A stretch of 15,712 bases of DNA from Acaryochloridaceae cyanobacterium VAR_48_metabat_390 (GTDB lineage: Bacteria; Cyanobacteriota; Cyanobacteriia; Thermosynechococcales; Thermosynechococcaceae). Both the position numbers and the translations under genes were made by a program. The stretch spans positions 1 through 15,712 of the forward strand of contig JANPLU010000001.1 in NCBI GenBank assembly GCA_031422435.1, read 5' to 3'. Positions 7,704-15,712 of the stretch are shown in pieces. A model generated the notes under the pieces. That model saw only the letters and a program-made list of their open reading frames with translations, was not told the DNA's origin and did no database searches. How positions within the stretch are numbered: position 1 is the stretch's first letter; every line of letters begins with the position of its first letter.

Positions 7704-8996
7704 ATGTTCTTAAACCCTAAAGTTATTGCGGCAGTCGAGCAGCTTAATTATCGCGTGACGGTGGGCGATGTAGCGATTAAATCTGGGCTAGAGCTACAGG
7801 TGGCTCAGCAGGCGCTCATGACTTTAGCGTCTGAAGCTGGCGGACATCTTCAGGTGACAGAAACGGGAGAGGTTGCCTACCTATTCTCTAAAAATCTTCG
7901 GTCTGTGCTTCAGGCTAAATTTTTGAAATTACGCCTATTGGCTGGGTGGCAAAAAATTTGGAAGGTGCTGTTTTATCTCATTCGCATTTCCTTCGGTATT
8001 CTGCTCATTGCCTCTATTTGCATTATTGCGATCGCCATCATAGCCATCATTATTGCTACTACCTTAAGCAACAAAGATTCTGAGGGCAGCGACTCAGACG
8101 ATGACGTTGGGTTTGGCGGGTTTCCCATTGGCTGGATCTTTACGGACTGGCACTACTTTTTTCTGCCCGATCCCTATGCTGGTTCTGCTAATATTTCCCC
8201 TGCCAAGCAGGGATCAATGAACTTTCTAGAAGCGGTGTTTTCGTTTCTGTTTGGGGATGGAAACCCCAACTCTCATTTGGAAGAGCGACGCTGGCAAGAG
8301 GTTGGCAAAGTTTTGAGACAGCATGGCGGGGCTGTTGCGGCAGAGCAGGTGATTCCCTTTCTTGAGCCGCCTAGCGCAGGGCAGTCCGTTGATGATGCAA
8401 TGCTAGCGGTGCTGCTGCGCTTTAATGGACAGCCTGAAGTTAGCCCTGATGGCGAAATTGTTTATTACTTCCCCGATCTACAAACCTCTGTTGAAGCGAA
8501 TCGCAGTGCCCCTGCTGCACCTTTTTTGAGAGAATCCCTCTGGAAATTTAGCCATGCATCCTTCTCTCAAGTTTTAGGGGCGATTGGGTTGGGAAGCGCA
8601 AATCTGATTGGTGCGGTTATCCTGGGCAAGCTTCTCGGCGAGATCGGCTCTACAACTGGGTTCTTAAGCTTTGTTCAGGCAATATATGGGGGGTTGCTCG
8701 CCTACGGCATCGGCTTTTTAGTGATTCCGCTAGGTCGCTATTTTTGGATTCAGTGGCAAAATCAACGCATTGCGGCTCGAAACCAAGCCCGCGCACAATG
8801 GGCAGAACAGCTGCTTTACGAACCCTCTCAGACGCTGACGCAAAAGCTAACCTTTGCCCGTCAGTTTGCGCGCTCAACCTTGGTAGACGATCTTGACTTG
8901 GTGTACACCACCGAAACAGATCTGCTGGAGCAAGAGTCTGAAAACCAGGCCAAAATTAATGCAGATTGGGAAAAGCGCTTAGGTTCCTCTGCCTAA
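7704..8996 (+). CDS. Conserved cyanobacterial/plastid membrane protein of unknown function (At5g03900-like)
   Basis: N-terminal AVEQLNYRVTVGDVA...LASEAGGHLQV..GEVAYLF block, TM region IRISFGILLIASI, acidic loop, MNFLEAVFSFLFGDGNPN motif and two C-terminal TM helices. Family assigned from memory. Confidence 0.75.
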   Translation: MFLNPKVIAAVEQLNYRVTVGDVAIKSGLELQVAQQALMTLASEAGGHLQVTETGEVAYLFSKNLRSVLQAKFLKLRLLAGWQKIWKVLFYLIRISFGILLIASICIIAIAIIAIIIATTLSNKDSEGSDSDDDVGFGGFPIGWIFTDWHYFFLPDPYAGSANISPAKQGSMNFLEAVFSFLFGDGNPNSHLEERRWQEVGKVLRQHGGAVAAEQVIPFLEPPSAGQSVDDAMLAVLLRFNGQPEVSPDGEIVYYFPDLQTSVEANRSAPAAPFLRESLWKFSHASFSQVLGAIGLGSANLIGAVILGKLLGEIGSTTGFLSFVQAIYGGLLAYGIGFLVIPLGRYFWIQWQNQRIAARNQARAQWAEQLLYEPSQTLTQKLTFARQFARSTLVDDLDLVYTTETDLLEQESENQAKINADWEKRLGSSA

Positions 8997-9047
8997 GAGA
9001 CTCAATGACTCGGGTAAGCCTTAGCTATGCTTGTGCTGAATGATTCT

Positions 9048-9554
9048 TTACCCTTTGACCTCGATGGTTCCTGCCATGCCTGCCTCAGCATGGCCTGGAA
9101 TGGTGCAGCGTAGGCTGTAGATCCCTGCCCGTAGCGGAATAAAAACCCAATCGGCTGTCGACCCAGGCCGTAGCTCTAGCTCATGAATCGCCCCTTTGAC
9201 TTCTACATTGCCAGCATCCACTTTTTGAGACCAAATTGCGTCAGCAAAATCTTTGGCGGTAAAGTAGTGCTTCTGAGAGCTTGGGTTTTGCAGCACTAGC
9301 TTATAGCGACTCCCTGCCTCAAACACAAGTCGATTCGGGATAAAGCTGAGTTCTCCTGCTTCGCTACCTAAGCTTACTGACTTGACAATAGGTGGCTGCT
9401 TAGACAGAGGCACGGATGCCGCGAAGGCAGGCTGAGCCTGGAGACCAACGCTTAAAACAAACGCGAGGGCAAAAACTCCAGCTACACAAAAACGATGCCA
9501 GTGATGACAGATCTCTAAAATGGAAGACGTGAGTTGAGTGGGGAGCTTAGGCAT
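9048..9554 (-). CDS. Exported cupredoxin (plastocyanin/azurin-like type-1 copper protein)
   Basis: Signal peptide ending PAFA/A; upstream His (SQKHYF) and C-terminal ligand loop C-x4-H-x4-M (CTIPGHAEAGM) followed by GTIEV. Confidence 0.9.
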   Translation of the reverse strand: MPKLPTQLTSSILEICHHWHRFCVAGVFALAFVLSVGLQAQPAFAASVPLSKQPPIVKSVSLGSEAGELSFIPNRLVFEAGSRYKLVLQNPSSQKHYFTAKDFADAIWSQKVDAGNVEVKGAIHELELRPGSTADWVFIPLRAGIYSLRCTIPGHAEAGMAGTIEVKG

Positions 9555-9598
9555 AAAGGGTGCCCTACAACACGACCATTAAGTTCTTGAGAACCCCT

Positions 9599-10357
9599 AT
9601 GATACGCACTTTCCTCCTATTTTTGGGCGTTATTACATTCGTTTACGCGGTGCTGTGTGCTGCTCTATTTAGATTTCAGCGTTCATTTATCTACTTTCCG
9701 CAACCGCGATCGCTGGGGGACAGCACGAACCTAATCACACTGCCTGTAGAGGGTGCTACCGTAAACGTAACCATTCGTCCCTACAGTGGCTCAAAGGCGC
9801 TCCTCTACTTTGGCGGCAACTCAGAAGATGTCTCCCGAAGGCTACCTACTTTTTCAACTGCGTTTCCTGGCTATGCCCTTTACCTACAGCATTATCGAGG
9901 TTATGGGGGCAGCTCCGGTAAGCCTTCAGAGGCCGCACTCTTTGCTGATGCGATCGCACTGTTCGACAAGATTTATGCAGAGTACCCAAGCATCACGGTT
10001 GTGGGTCGTAGTTTAGGCAGCGGCGTTGCGGCTTACTTAGCGAGTCAGCGACCTATCGCTCGTCTTGTGCTTGTAACGCCCTATAGCAGTATTCAAGAAC
10101 TGGCTGCTCAGCGTTTTCCCTACTTTCCGGTGCGGTGGCTGCTGGTGGATAAGTTTGAGTCTTGGAAGTACGTCAAGCGGATTGACGCGCCAGCGCTCAT
10201 CATCGCCGCCGAACACGATGAAGTTATACCGCGTGCAAGCACTGCATCACTTTTTAACCGCTTTCGTGCCGGAACTGCATTTCTTAAAATTATTTCTGGT
10301 ACAAGCCACAACACGATCTCCGACAGCCCTGAGTACATTTCGCTCCTTAAAGGATAA
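9599..10357 (+). CDS. Alpha/beta hydrolase with N-terminal membrane anchor (ABHD13/BEM46-like)
   Basis: ATG 9599 preferred over GTG 9560. TM anchor, QRSFIYFP, YFGGN, YRGYGGSSGKPSE, nucleophile elbow GRSLG, Asp in EHDEVIP, His in SHNTI. Confidence 0.9.
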   Translation: MIRTFLLFLGVITFVYAVLCAALFRFQRSFIYFPQPRSLGDSTNLITLPVEGATVNVTIRPYSGSKALLYFGGNSEDVSRRLPTFSTAFPGYALYLQHYRGYGGSSGKPSEAALFADAIALFDKIYAEYPSITVVGRSLGSGVAAYLASQRPIARLVLVTPYSSIQELAAQRFPYFPVRWLLVDKFESWKYVKRIDAPALIIAAEHDEVIPRASTASLFNRFRAGTAFLKIISGTSHNTISDSPEYISLLKG

Positions 10358-10386
10358 TGATGAATAGGCGTAGGGGATGAACGGAA

Positions 10387-10827
10387 GTGAATCGAAATAC
10401 TGGCGACTATCAGAACCCTAATCGTCAACGCGATCACCAGGCCAATGAGCGCACCTTTCTCGCTTGGCTGCGCACGGCGATCGCCCTAATTGGCTTTGGG
10501 TTTGCGATCGCGCGGTTTGGGCTATTCACGCGCCAGCTTCAGGCGACCCTGACGACTCAACCGCTCCCAGAGCAGCCCGGACTAACCTCAGAAAGCCTGG
10601 GAATTGGACTAGTGTTGTTGGGGGTATTGTCCATTGCGATCGCAGCTTGGCGACACAATCAGATCTTTCGGCAAATTGAGCGGCAAACCTATCAGCCCAA
10701 TCCGGTTTTGGTATGGTTGATGACGGCGGCAGTCATGATTCTTGGAACCCTCAGTCTCCCCCTCATTATTTGGCGAGTAGAGAACTCAGCGCCGTCATCA
10801 CCCCCTCAACTTAAACGAAGCCCTTAA
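10387..10827 (+). CDS. YidH/DUF202 family inner membrane protein
   Basis: Signature RDHQANERTFLAWLRT followed by three TM helices; GTG start. Confidence 0.9.
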   Translation: MNRNTGDYQNPNRQRDHQANERTFLAWLRTAIALIGFGFAIARFGLFTRQLQATLTTQPLPEQPGLTSESLGIGLVLLGVLSIAIAAWRHNQIFRQIERQTYQPNPVLVWLMTAAVMILGTLSLPLIIWRVENSAPSSPPQLKRSP

Positions 10828-10878
10828 AGAATTGACCACCATCGTCCCATGATTGACCTATAAGCCTTTGGAGTTTGT

Positions 10879-11556
10879 ATGGAACCGATTCGGATTTTTT
10901 ACTTTTCAGATATTCTCTGCATTTGGGCGTACATTGCACAGATTCGTCTAGATGAGCTGCAATCGACCTTTCAAGACCAGATCGCAATTCAATATCACTT
11001 TGTACCTGTGTTTGGCAATGCGCAGGAAAAGCTTAAGCATGGATGGCGCGATCGCGGGGGCTTACCTGGCTACAGTCAGCACGTAAAGGACGTAACCCAA
11101 AAATTCAGCCACATCACGCTTCATCCCGAGATTTGGATGCATGTTGTTCCGGCATCCTCTACTGCCTGTCATTTGTTTCTGCACGCCATTCAGCTTTTAG
11201 AACAAAAGGGTATCTTTGAGTCTTCCGAGCGGATGTTTGAAAAAGCAGTTTGGGCATTTCGAGAAGCCTTCTTTACAAAACTGGCAAATGTGGGCGATCG
11301 CAAAGTGCAGTTTGAAATTGCGGAAGAATTGGGTTTGCCCGTGACCGCCATTCAGGCACAAATCGACAGCGGTGAAGCCTACGCTCAGCTCTCGAAAGAT
11401 TTTGAATTGGTTAAAGAGCATACCGTAACGGTTAGCCCTACGCTCATTTTTAATGAAGGACGGCAGCGGCTCCATGGCAATGTGGGGTATCGGGTGATAG
11501 AAGCTAACATTCGTGAACTGCTTCACAACCCATCTGGCGAACAGTCGTGGTGCTAA
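10879..11556 (+). CDS. DsbA-family thioredoxin-fold protein (FrnE/HCCA isomerase-like), cytoplasmic
   Basis: N-terminal YFSDILCIWAY active-site region, cis-Pro loop VSPTLIFN, no signal peptide; GGAG RBS at 10870-10873. Confidence 0.85.
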   Translation: MEPIRIFYFSDILCIWAYIAQIRLDELQSTFQDQIAIQYHFVPVFGNAQEKLKHGWRDRGGLPGYSQHVKDVTQKFSHITLHPEIWMHVVPASSTACHLFLHAIQLLEQKGIFESSERMFEKAVWAFREAFFTKLANVGDRKVQFEIAEELGLPVTAIQAQIDSGEAYAQLSKDFELVKEHTVTVSPTLIFNEGRQRLHGNVGYRVIEANIRELLHNPSGEQSWC

Positions 11557-11754
11557 CTCAGGCGGTACCACCGCAAAGGTTTGACGGCAAGGCAAGCGAT
11601 TATTAGGATAAGACTTATGTCCAGAAAGACGGGGTTAGCTAATACCGCATTTAAAAATCTCAAATCTATCGACAACACCCGCTCTTACAAGATCTGGATG
11701 TTATTGACTTCACAATCTTAAACTTTCTCAAGACCCATCCCTTTTAGGTAGACG

Positions 11755-13338
11755 ATGACTGTTTTTCTTACGGCTGCGCTGTATAAATTTGTGGAGCTAC
11801 CCGATTTTGAGGCGCTTCAATCACCTTTGTTAGCCTGCTGTCAAAAAAACGCCATCAAAGGAACCATTCTGCTGGCAGCAGAAGGGATAAATGGCACCAT
11901 CGCAGGCGCTCCGGAGCAGGTTCATCAATTGCTGGCGTTTCTGCGCCAAGATCCGCGATTGGCAGATTTGGTTCACAAAGAATCCTACGGAGAGCAGGCA
12001 CCCTTCTACCGGATAAAGGTGCGGCTGAAGCAGGAAATTGTGAAGATGGGGGTTCCTGGCATCAATCCAACCCAAATGGCGGGGCAGTATGTCAAACCCG
12101 AAGACTGGAACGCGCTCATTGCCGACCCCAGCGTGGTGGTGATTGATGTGCGTAATGACTATGAGATCGGCGTAGGCACCTTTAAGGGGGCAATTAATCC
12201 TCAAACTAAGTGCTTTTCTGAATTGCCAGACTGGGTGAGACAAGAAGCCCTTCTCGAAAATAAACCCAAGGTGGCGATGTTTTGTACAGGGGGCATTCGC
12301 TGCGAGAAATCCACCGCCTTTTTACGAAGCCAAGGATTTGAGGAGGTCTACCATCTAGAGGGCGGCATCTTAAAGTATTTAGAAACGGTGCCCGAGACCG
12401 AAAGCCTATGGGAAGGGGAGTGTTTTGTCTTCGACGAGCGCGTGACGGTTCGTCATGGGCTAAAGCCTGGACACTATGAACTGTGCCGCGCCTGCCGCCA
12501 GCCCATGAGCGAAGCGGATAAGGCATCTGAACTGTATGTGCTGGGCATGAGCTGTCCCCACTGCTACGGGCAAAAAACCGAGGCGCAGCAGAAGGCGTTG
12601 ATGGAGCGTCAGAGACAAATTGAGTTGGCAAAGGCGCGCAACCAAGCTCATATGGGAGCGGTTTACAAATCTAAGCAAGAGACGCAGGCCAAGAACGCGC
12701 TGCCAATTTTGTATTCTTTTCGGCGCTGCCCTTTTGCAATGCGATCGCGGTTGGCACTAGCCGTCAGTGGGCAGGTCTGTGAACTGCGAGAGGTTGTGCT
12801 GCGCGACAAGCCCCAGGCATTGCTGGATGCTTCTCCCAAGGGGACAGTTCCGGTATTGATTGATGGCGAAGGGAAGGTGTTAGAGCAAAGTCTGGATATT
12901 ATGCTTTGGGCACTAGAGCGTAACGACCCCCAAGGCTGGCTAACCCCAGAGCAAGGCACGGTAGAGGATATGCGGCGGCTGATTGCCCAGTTTGACGAAG
13001 GGTTTAAGTATCACCTTGACCGCTACAAGTATCCAGAACGTTACGCAGATGTTGACGCTCAAGTTCACCGCGCTGAAGGTGCGCAGTATTTAGAGCGGCT
13101 TAACACTCAGCTCAGTGAAACACCATACCTATTTGGGCAGCGTGCAGCACTGGCAGATATGGCGATCGCCCCTTTTGTGCGTCAGTTTGCGATCGCCGAT
13201 TTAGATTGGTTTAATGCTCAGCCTTGGCCTCATCTACAGACATGGTTGTCAATCTGGCTAAATTCAGATCTCTACACTCGCATTATGCAGAAATATCCCC
13301 AGTGGGTTCCTGGTCAAGATAAGGTTATTTTCGACTAG
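11755..13338 (+). CDS. trhO: Fusion: tRNA uridine(34) hydroxylase TrhO (YceA/UPF0176, rhodanese-like) plus C-terminal glutathione S-transferase (Omega-like, Cys-type)
   Basis: About aa 1-302: [78 protein letters not shown] (TrhO). From about nt 12700: [61 protein letters not shown] (GST N- and C-domains). Single uninterrupted frame. Confidence 0.9.
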   Translation: MTVFLTAALYKFVELPDFEALQSPLLACCQKNAIKGTILLAAEGINGTIAGAPEQVHQLLAFLRQDPRLADLVHKESYGEQAPFYRIKVRLKQEIVKMGVPGINPTQMAGQYVKPEDWNALIADPSVVVIDVRNDYEIGVGTFKGAINPQTKCFSELPDWVRQEALLENKPKVAMFCTGGIRCEKSTAFLRSQGFEEVYHLEGGILKYLETVPETESLWEGECFVFDERVTVRHGLKPGHYELCRACRQPMSEADKASELYVLGMSCPHCYGQKTEAQQKALMERQRQIELAKARNQAHMGAVYKSKQETQAKNALPILYSFRRCPFAMRSRLALAVSGQVCELREVVLRDKPQALLDASPKGTVPVLIDGEGKVLEQSLDIMLWALERNDPQGWLTPEQGTVEDMRRLIAQFDEGFKYHLDRYKYPERYADVDAQVHRAEGAQYLERLNTQLSETPYLFGQRAALADMAIAPFVRQFAIADLDWFNAQPWPHLQTWLSIWLNSDLYTRIMQKYPQWVPGQDKVIFD

Positions 13339-13358
13339 ATTTTCAGACTTCCACAATT

Positions 13359-13541
13359 TTATAGGCTGAATACAGGTGGCTGGGGCATCGGGTTGGGTTC
13401 TGGCATAGGAGGCTCTGGAAAAGGCGGCTCTGGCATCGGCGCAGGTTCTGGCGTGGGTGGCTCTGGCATGGGGAATCCTGGCTGAGGGGTAGGTTCTGGC
13501 GGCGTAAAAATTGCTTTTCGATTGATAGCAGTAGTATTCAT
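13359..13541 (-). CDS. 60-aa proline-rich microprotein with six Pro-Glu-Pro repeats
   Basis: 24 of 60 residues are Pro. The unit GG(T/C)TCTGG on the + strand recurs at 13396, 13411, 13426, 13444, 13459 and 13492. All spacings are multiples of 3 and the variable base is the synonymous GAA/GAG position, which supports coding. Confidence 0.65.
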   Translation of the reverse strand: MNTTAINRKAIFTPPEPTPQPGFPMPEPPTPEPAPMPEPPFPEPPMPEPNPMPQPPVFSL

Positions 13542-13669
13542 AAAAAAGCCCAGCTTAGTACTGCCTCTAAAGTATCCATGACTGCCCTGCCTTTGTCTCT
13601 GTCATCGGGGAGGTTTTAGGCGCAATGACACCTCAAAGCTTTATCCCTTTAGAATAGCCACTAGACCGT

Positions 13670-13699
13670 TTTACATTACTGGCCTAACCCTGCTACGCT
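13670..13699 (+). promoter_or_regulatory. Candidate sigma70-type promoter of mfd
   Basis: TTTACA (13670-13675), 18 nt spacer, TACGCT (13694-13699) preceded by an extended -10 TG (13691-13692); 26 nt upstream of ATG 13726. Confidence 0.4.
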
Positions 13700-13725
13700 C
13701 CCAGGGCTAGAGAACTGCAAAGGCT

Positions 13726-15712
13726 ATGACATTTTCCGCACTCGTTCGCTCCCTAAGCCGATCGCGCCTCACAGAAGAACTCCTCACTAAACTGACCCAA
13801 ACGCAAGACCTGCACCTGAGCGGATTGGCAAGATTGCCCAAGGGACTTGTAGCCTCGGCGATCGCCCAAGTCCGCAATCAACACCTGTGCATCATTACCG
13901 CCACTCTAGAAGAAGCAGGTCGCTGGGCGGCACAGCTAGAAGCAATGGGCTGGGCAACCGTGCAGTTTTACCCCACCGCAGAATCTTCACCCTACGAAGC
14001 CTTTGACCTCGAAGCCGAAATGACCTGGGGACAGCTCCAGGTTTTGGCAGAACTGCTCAACCCCAGCCAGCCGATCGCATTGGTTGCCACCGAGCGATCG
14101 CTCCAGCCCCATCTGCCCCCCGTTGAAGCATTCCGCCCCTACTGCCTGACCCTCCATAAAGGGATGGAATACAACCTAGAAACCCTCAGCCGTCAGCTTG
14201 CCACCCAGGGGTACGAACGGGTTTCCCTTGTTGAAACTGAAGGCCAATGGAGTCGGCGCGGGGACATTATCGACGTGTTTCCGGTTTCGGCAGAGCTGCC
14301 CGTGCGGTTGGAATGGTTTGGGGATGAGCTGGATAAGCTACGGGAATTCGATCCGGCATCCCAGCGATCGCTTGAAAGCATCACCCAGCTCACCCTTACC
14401 CCCACCAGTTTTCAGCCCATCACCATTGCCCACCTTACCGACGCCCAGCGGCAGCAAATCCAGACGCATCTTTCTCCCGAAGCCCAAGACCAGCTTGAAA
14501 ACGGCACCCTAGAAGGCGCGCGTCGTTTTTTAGGCATTGCCTTTGGACAGCCTGCCTCTTTGCTTGATTACCTACCTGAAAATACCCTGATTGCCCTTGA
14601 CGAACCGGAGCAGTGCCAAGCCCACTGCGATCGCTGGGTCGAACACGCCGAAGAACATTGGCAGAGCCTTGACCAAACCGAACTAGTGCTGCCTAAAATT
14701 CATCAGTCTTTCGCGGAAGGGCTAGACCAGATGGGCACCTTTGAACGGCTGCGGCTCAATGAGCTAGCGGTAGAAAACCAGGGTTTAAATCTTGCCAGTC
14801 GGCCTGTACCTGCCCTGCCTCATCAGTTTGGAAAATTAGCAGAGACGCTGAGGACAGAACGCGATCGCAAGTTCCAGATTTGGCTCGTTTCTGCCCAACC
14901 CTCACGGTCAGTCTCACTGCTGCAAGAGCATGACTGTCCGGCACAGTTTGTGCCTAACCCTAGGGATTTTCCGGCGATCGACAAGCTTCATGAGTACAAA
15001 ACGCCCGTGGCGCTGAAGTATTCGGGACTGGCAGAGCTAGAAGGCTTTATTCTGCCCACGTTCCGCGTGGTGCTGGTAACGGATCGGGAGTTTTTTGGGC
15101 AGCATACCCTTACTACGCCCAGCTATATTCGCAAGCGTCGTCGCGCGGCTTCAAAGCAGGTTGACCCCAATAAGCTTCAGCCAGGAGATTATGTGGTACA
15201 TCGCAACCACGGAGTGGGGCGCTTCATCAAGTTAGAAAGTCTCACCATTAATCAAGAAACCCGCGAGTATCTGGTGATTCAGTACGGCGACGGCTTACTG
15301 CGGGTGGCGGCAGATCAGTTGGGGGCGCTGTCTCGATTACGGGCAACCAGCAGCCAGCCCCCCGAACTCAACAAAATGTCTGGCAAAGCCTGGGAAAAAA
15401 CCAAGAGCAAAGTCCGCAAGGCGATCAAAAAGCTGGCGGTGGATTTGCTTCAGCTTTACGCCCAGCGATCGCAGCAGCAGGGCTTCACCTACCCGACGGA
15501 TCTCCCCTGGCAGGCCGAAATGGAAGATTCCTTCCCCTACCAGGCCACCCCCGACCAGCTCAAGGCGACGCAAGATGTGAAGCGAGATATGGAAGGCGAT
15601 CGCCCAATGGATCGACTGGTCTGTGGAGATGTGGGCTTTGGCAAAACCGAGGTTGCCATCCGCGCCATCTTTAAGGCGGTGACAGCAGGCAAACAGGTCG
15701 CCCTTTTAGCCC
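13726..15712 (+). CDS. mfd: Transcription-repair coupling factor Mfd, 5' part (runs off the right edge)
   Basis: Hand translation from ATG 13726: [20 protein letters not shown]...[15 protein letters not shown]...[29 protein letters not shown] (UvrB-homology module), [17 protein letters not shown] (CarD/RID domain), [14 protein letters not shown] and [20 protein letters not shown] (helicase motif I). Confidence 0.97.
   Translation, partial: MTFSALVRSLSRSRLTEELLTKLTQTQDLHLSGLARLPKGLVASAIAQVRNQHLCIITATLEEAGRWAAQLEAMGWATVQFYPTAESSPYEAFDLEAEMTWGQLQVLAELLNPSQPIALVATERSLQPHLPPVEAFRPYCLTLHKGMEYNLETLSRQLATQGYERVSLVETEGQWSRRGDIIDVFPVSAELPVRLEWFGDELDKLREFDPASQRSLESITQLTLTPTSFQPITIAHLTDAQRQQIQTHLSPEAQDQLENGTLEGARRFLGIAFGQPASLLDYLPENTLIALDEPEQCQAHCDRWVEHAEEHWQSLDQTELVLPKIHQSFAEGLDQMGTFERLRLNELAVENQGLNLASRPVPALPHQFGKLAETLRTERDRKFQIWLVSAQPSRSVSLLQEHDCPAQFVPNPRDFPAIDKLHEYKTPVALKYSGLAELEGFILPTFRVVLVTDREFFGQHTLTTPSYIRKRRRAASKQVDPNKLQPGDYVVHRNHGVGRFIKLESLTINQETREYLVIQYGDGLLRVAADQLGALSRLRATSSQPPELNKMSGKAWEKTKSKVRKAIKKLAVDLLQLYAQRSQQQGFTYPTDLPWQAEMEDSFPYQATPDQLKATQDVKRDMEGDRPMDRLVCGDVGFGKTEVAIRAIFKAVTAGKQVALLA

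Larger units (their letters stand above)
3616..15603. repeat. HIP1 octamer GCGATCGC, dispersed (about 22 copies)
   Basis: Copies seen starting at 3616, 4317, 4350, 4825, 8028, 9706, 9950, 10477, 10504, 10636, 11048, 11294, 12741, 13162, 13189, 13858, 14094, 14364, 14627, 14861, 15465 and 15596. Counted by eye; well under one copy is expected by chance. Confidence 0.92.

Noticed and set aside
11562..11574. Hairpin GCGGT-ACC-ACCGC just after the DsbA-like stop
   Set aside because: 5-bp stem with no U-tract; too weak to call a terminator.
11638..11650. GCTAATACCGCAT, matching a conserved 16S rRNA stretch
   Set aside because: Only 13 nt, with no flanking rRNA similarity; most likely chance.
11708..11734. 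CTTAAACT-like units resembling a cyanobacterial Pho box upstream of trhO
   Set aside because: Units are degenerate and spaced 9-10 nt rather than a regular 11.
8650..12959. Overlapping ORFs 8650..8877, 9786..10016, 10120..10437, 10155..10367, 10464..10679, 11197..11595, 11830..12243, 12206..12631, 12460..12678 and 12663..12959
   Set aside because: Alternative-frame or antisense shadows of genes with clear family signatures.
13381..13503. Short repeats considered as a CRISPR array or PEP-CTERM signal
   Set aside because: Units are 8 nt at 15-33 nt codon-multiple spacing, i.e. coding repeats. No TM helix or basic tail follows the PEP motifs and no cas genes are present.
14193..15573. ORFs 14193..14405, 14198..14512, 14756..14944 and 15337..15573
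   Set aside because: All lie inside mfd, which the track missed because its stop codon is outside the window.

Overview
Cyanobacterial chromosomal window: about 22 HIP1 octamers (GCGATCGC) by eye, plus cyanobacterial-type Mfd and other conserved genes. Left part: two secreted low-complexity proteins on the minus strand (one runs off the left edge and is missing from the ORF track), divergent from a polysaccharide cluster of a GumC/Wzc-type co-polymerase, a GT2 glycosyltransferase and a phosphomannomutase/phosphoglucomutase. Middle: a REP-like inverted repeat, a small secreted protein, a conserved membrane protein, a cupredoxin, an alpha/beta hydrolase, a DUF202/YidH protein and a DsbA/FrnE-like protein. 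Right: a 527-aa in-frame fusion of the tRNA U34 hydroxylase TrhO with a Cys-type glutathione S-transferase, a 60-aa Pro-Glu-Pro repeat microprotein and the 5' part of mfd (also missing from the ORF track). The most notable items are the TrhO-GST fusion, a Wzc lacking its tyrosine cluster and a possible C-terminal sorting motif (PIRGLW). No rRNA, tRNA, CRISPR array or transposase was seen. All calls come from reading motifs by eye; no database searches were run.
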